Source: Oopsacas minuta (lineage: Eukaryota > Animalia > Porifera). From it: DNA of 22,635 nucleotides. Under the pieces are notes generated by a model. It was given only the letters and a program-made list of their open reading frames with translations, did not search any database and was not told where the DNA came from. Positions 21,978 to 22,635 of this stretch are shown piece by piece (within the stretch, counting starts at the first letter, position 1; every line of letters begins with the position of its first letter). A program made the position numbers and the translations under genes. The stretch spans positions 1 through 22,635 of the forward strand of contig JAKMXF010000085.1 in NCBI GenBank assembly GCA_024704765.1, given 5' to 3'.

Positions 21978-22635
21978 CAGTGCGTTCGGAATTTATTGGC
22001 AGTGAATTTGATTGGTTCCATTCAATATCTATGTTAAGAATGATCAAAATTACATGATTTCTAATAATTCGGTACTCTCTCAAATAGAATAGACATGAGT
22101 AACCAACATATAGCTAATAATTTATCTTTTTACTTTCACATTTGAAGCATAACCGAATTCTTTTGTCATTGATAGATAAAATGGCTTTAAAAGTTCAGGG
22201 TTAAATGTGTTCCATATCTCCAAAATAGCTTCTTTCAACTCATTTGAGCAAGTAAATCACTTTTAGAGGAGTCTCTTCTTTAGTACAGCCCAAAGATTTT
22301 CAATTGGGTTCAGATCGGGGCTATTGGAGGGCCAGTCGATCTGATGTGGGACAAATTCCTGTTTCCAAGCCTTTGCTGCATTTCCTGTATGTATAGGACT
22401 GCTATCTTCCTGTAATACCCATTGATTTCTGTATAAAGCATTAGCTTCTTGTATAAGACACTGATTTAGAACTGTTTTGTTTCGTTCCTGGGTGAAGTTT
22501 TCTGTAAAACTTTGAGGTTTGTTTTGCCCATTACCGAAATACCACCCTAAATATGTACCTTCGCTAGATGTTAGAAAGTTGGCAAGTTAACAGCCTGTCC
22601 TTTCTTTGTCCATACATATATCTAGCCTGAATTCA
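21978..22635 (-). mobile_element. Tc1-c (DD34E): 3' TIR plus C-terminal transposase pseudogene (22114-22635), truncated at the window end
   Basis: TA followed by cagtgcgttcggaatttattggcagtgaat at 21978. Minus strand gives WVLQEDSSPIHT-..-DWPSNSPDLNPIENLWAVLKK (D34E), KRIRLC..KINY*. Confidence 0.9.

Overview
AT-rich eukaryotic (invertebrate-animal-like) scaffold segment made almost entirely of decayed, partly nested cut-and-paste DNA transposons. It holds two mariners (one with DD34D), three Tc1 (two with DD34E), one maT (DD37D), one pogo (DD35D), several hAT pieces, one P/THAP9-type element with TIRs and a 7-bp TSD, and two RAG1/Transib-type transposase segments. I found no host gene, RNA gene or CRISPR array, and most short ORFs in the track are antisense or frameshift by-products. 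The window consists of five contigs: 1-6717, 6719-9857, 9859-15353, 15355-17526 and 18331-22635. Transposon ends, a TSD and an exact 107-bp overlap suggest their true order is the reverse of the displayed order. The most interesting biology is the RAG1-like pair: an uninterrupted N-terminal ORF with a RAG1 NBD/DDBD-like pattern running into the gap (18331-18897), and a decayed C-terminal relic with the catalytic-Glu helix and a RAG1L-type CxxC-x3-GH-C tail (about 9050-9712). All family assignments come from reading motifs by eye; no database search was run.
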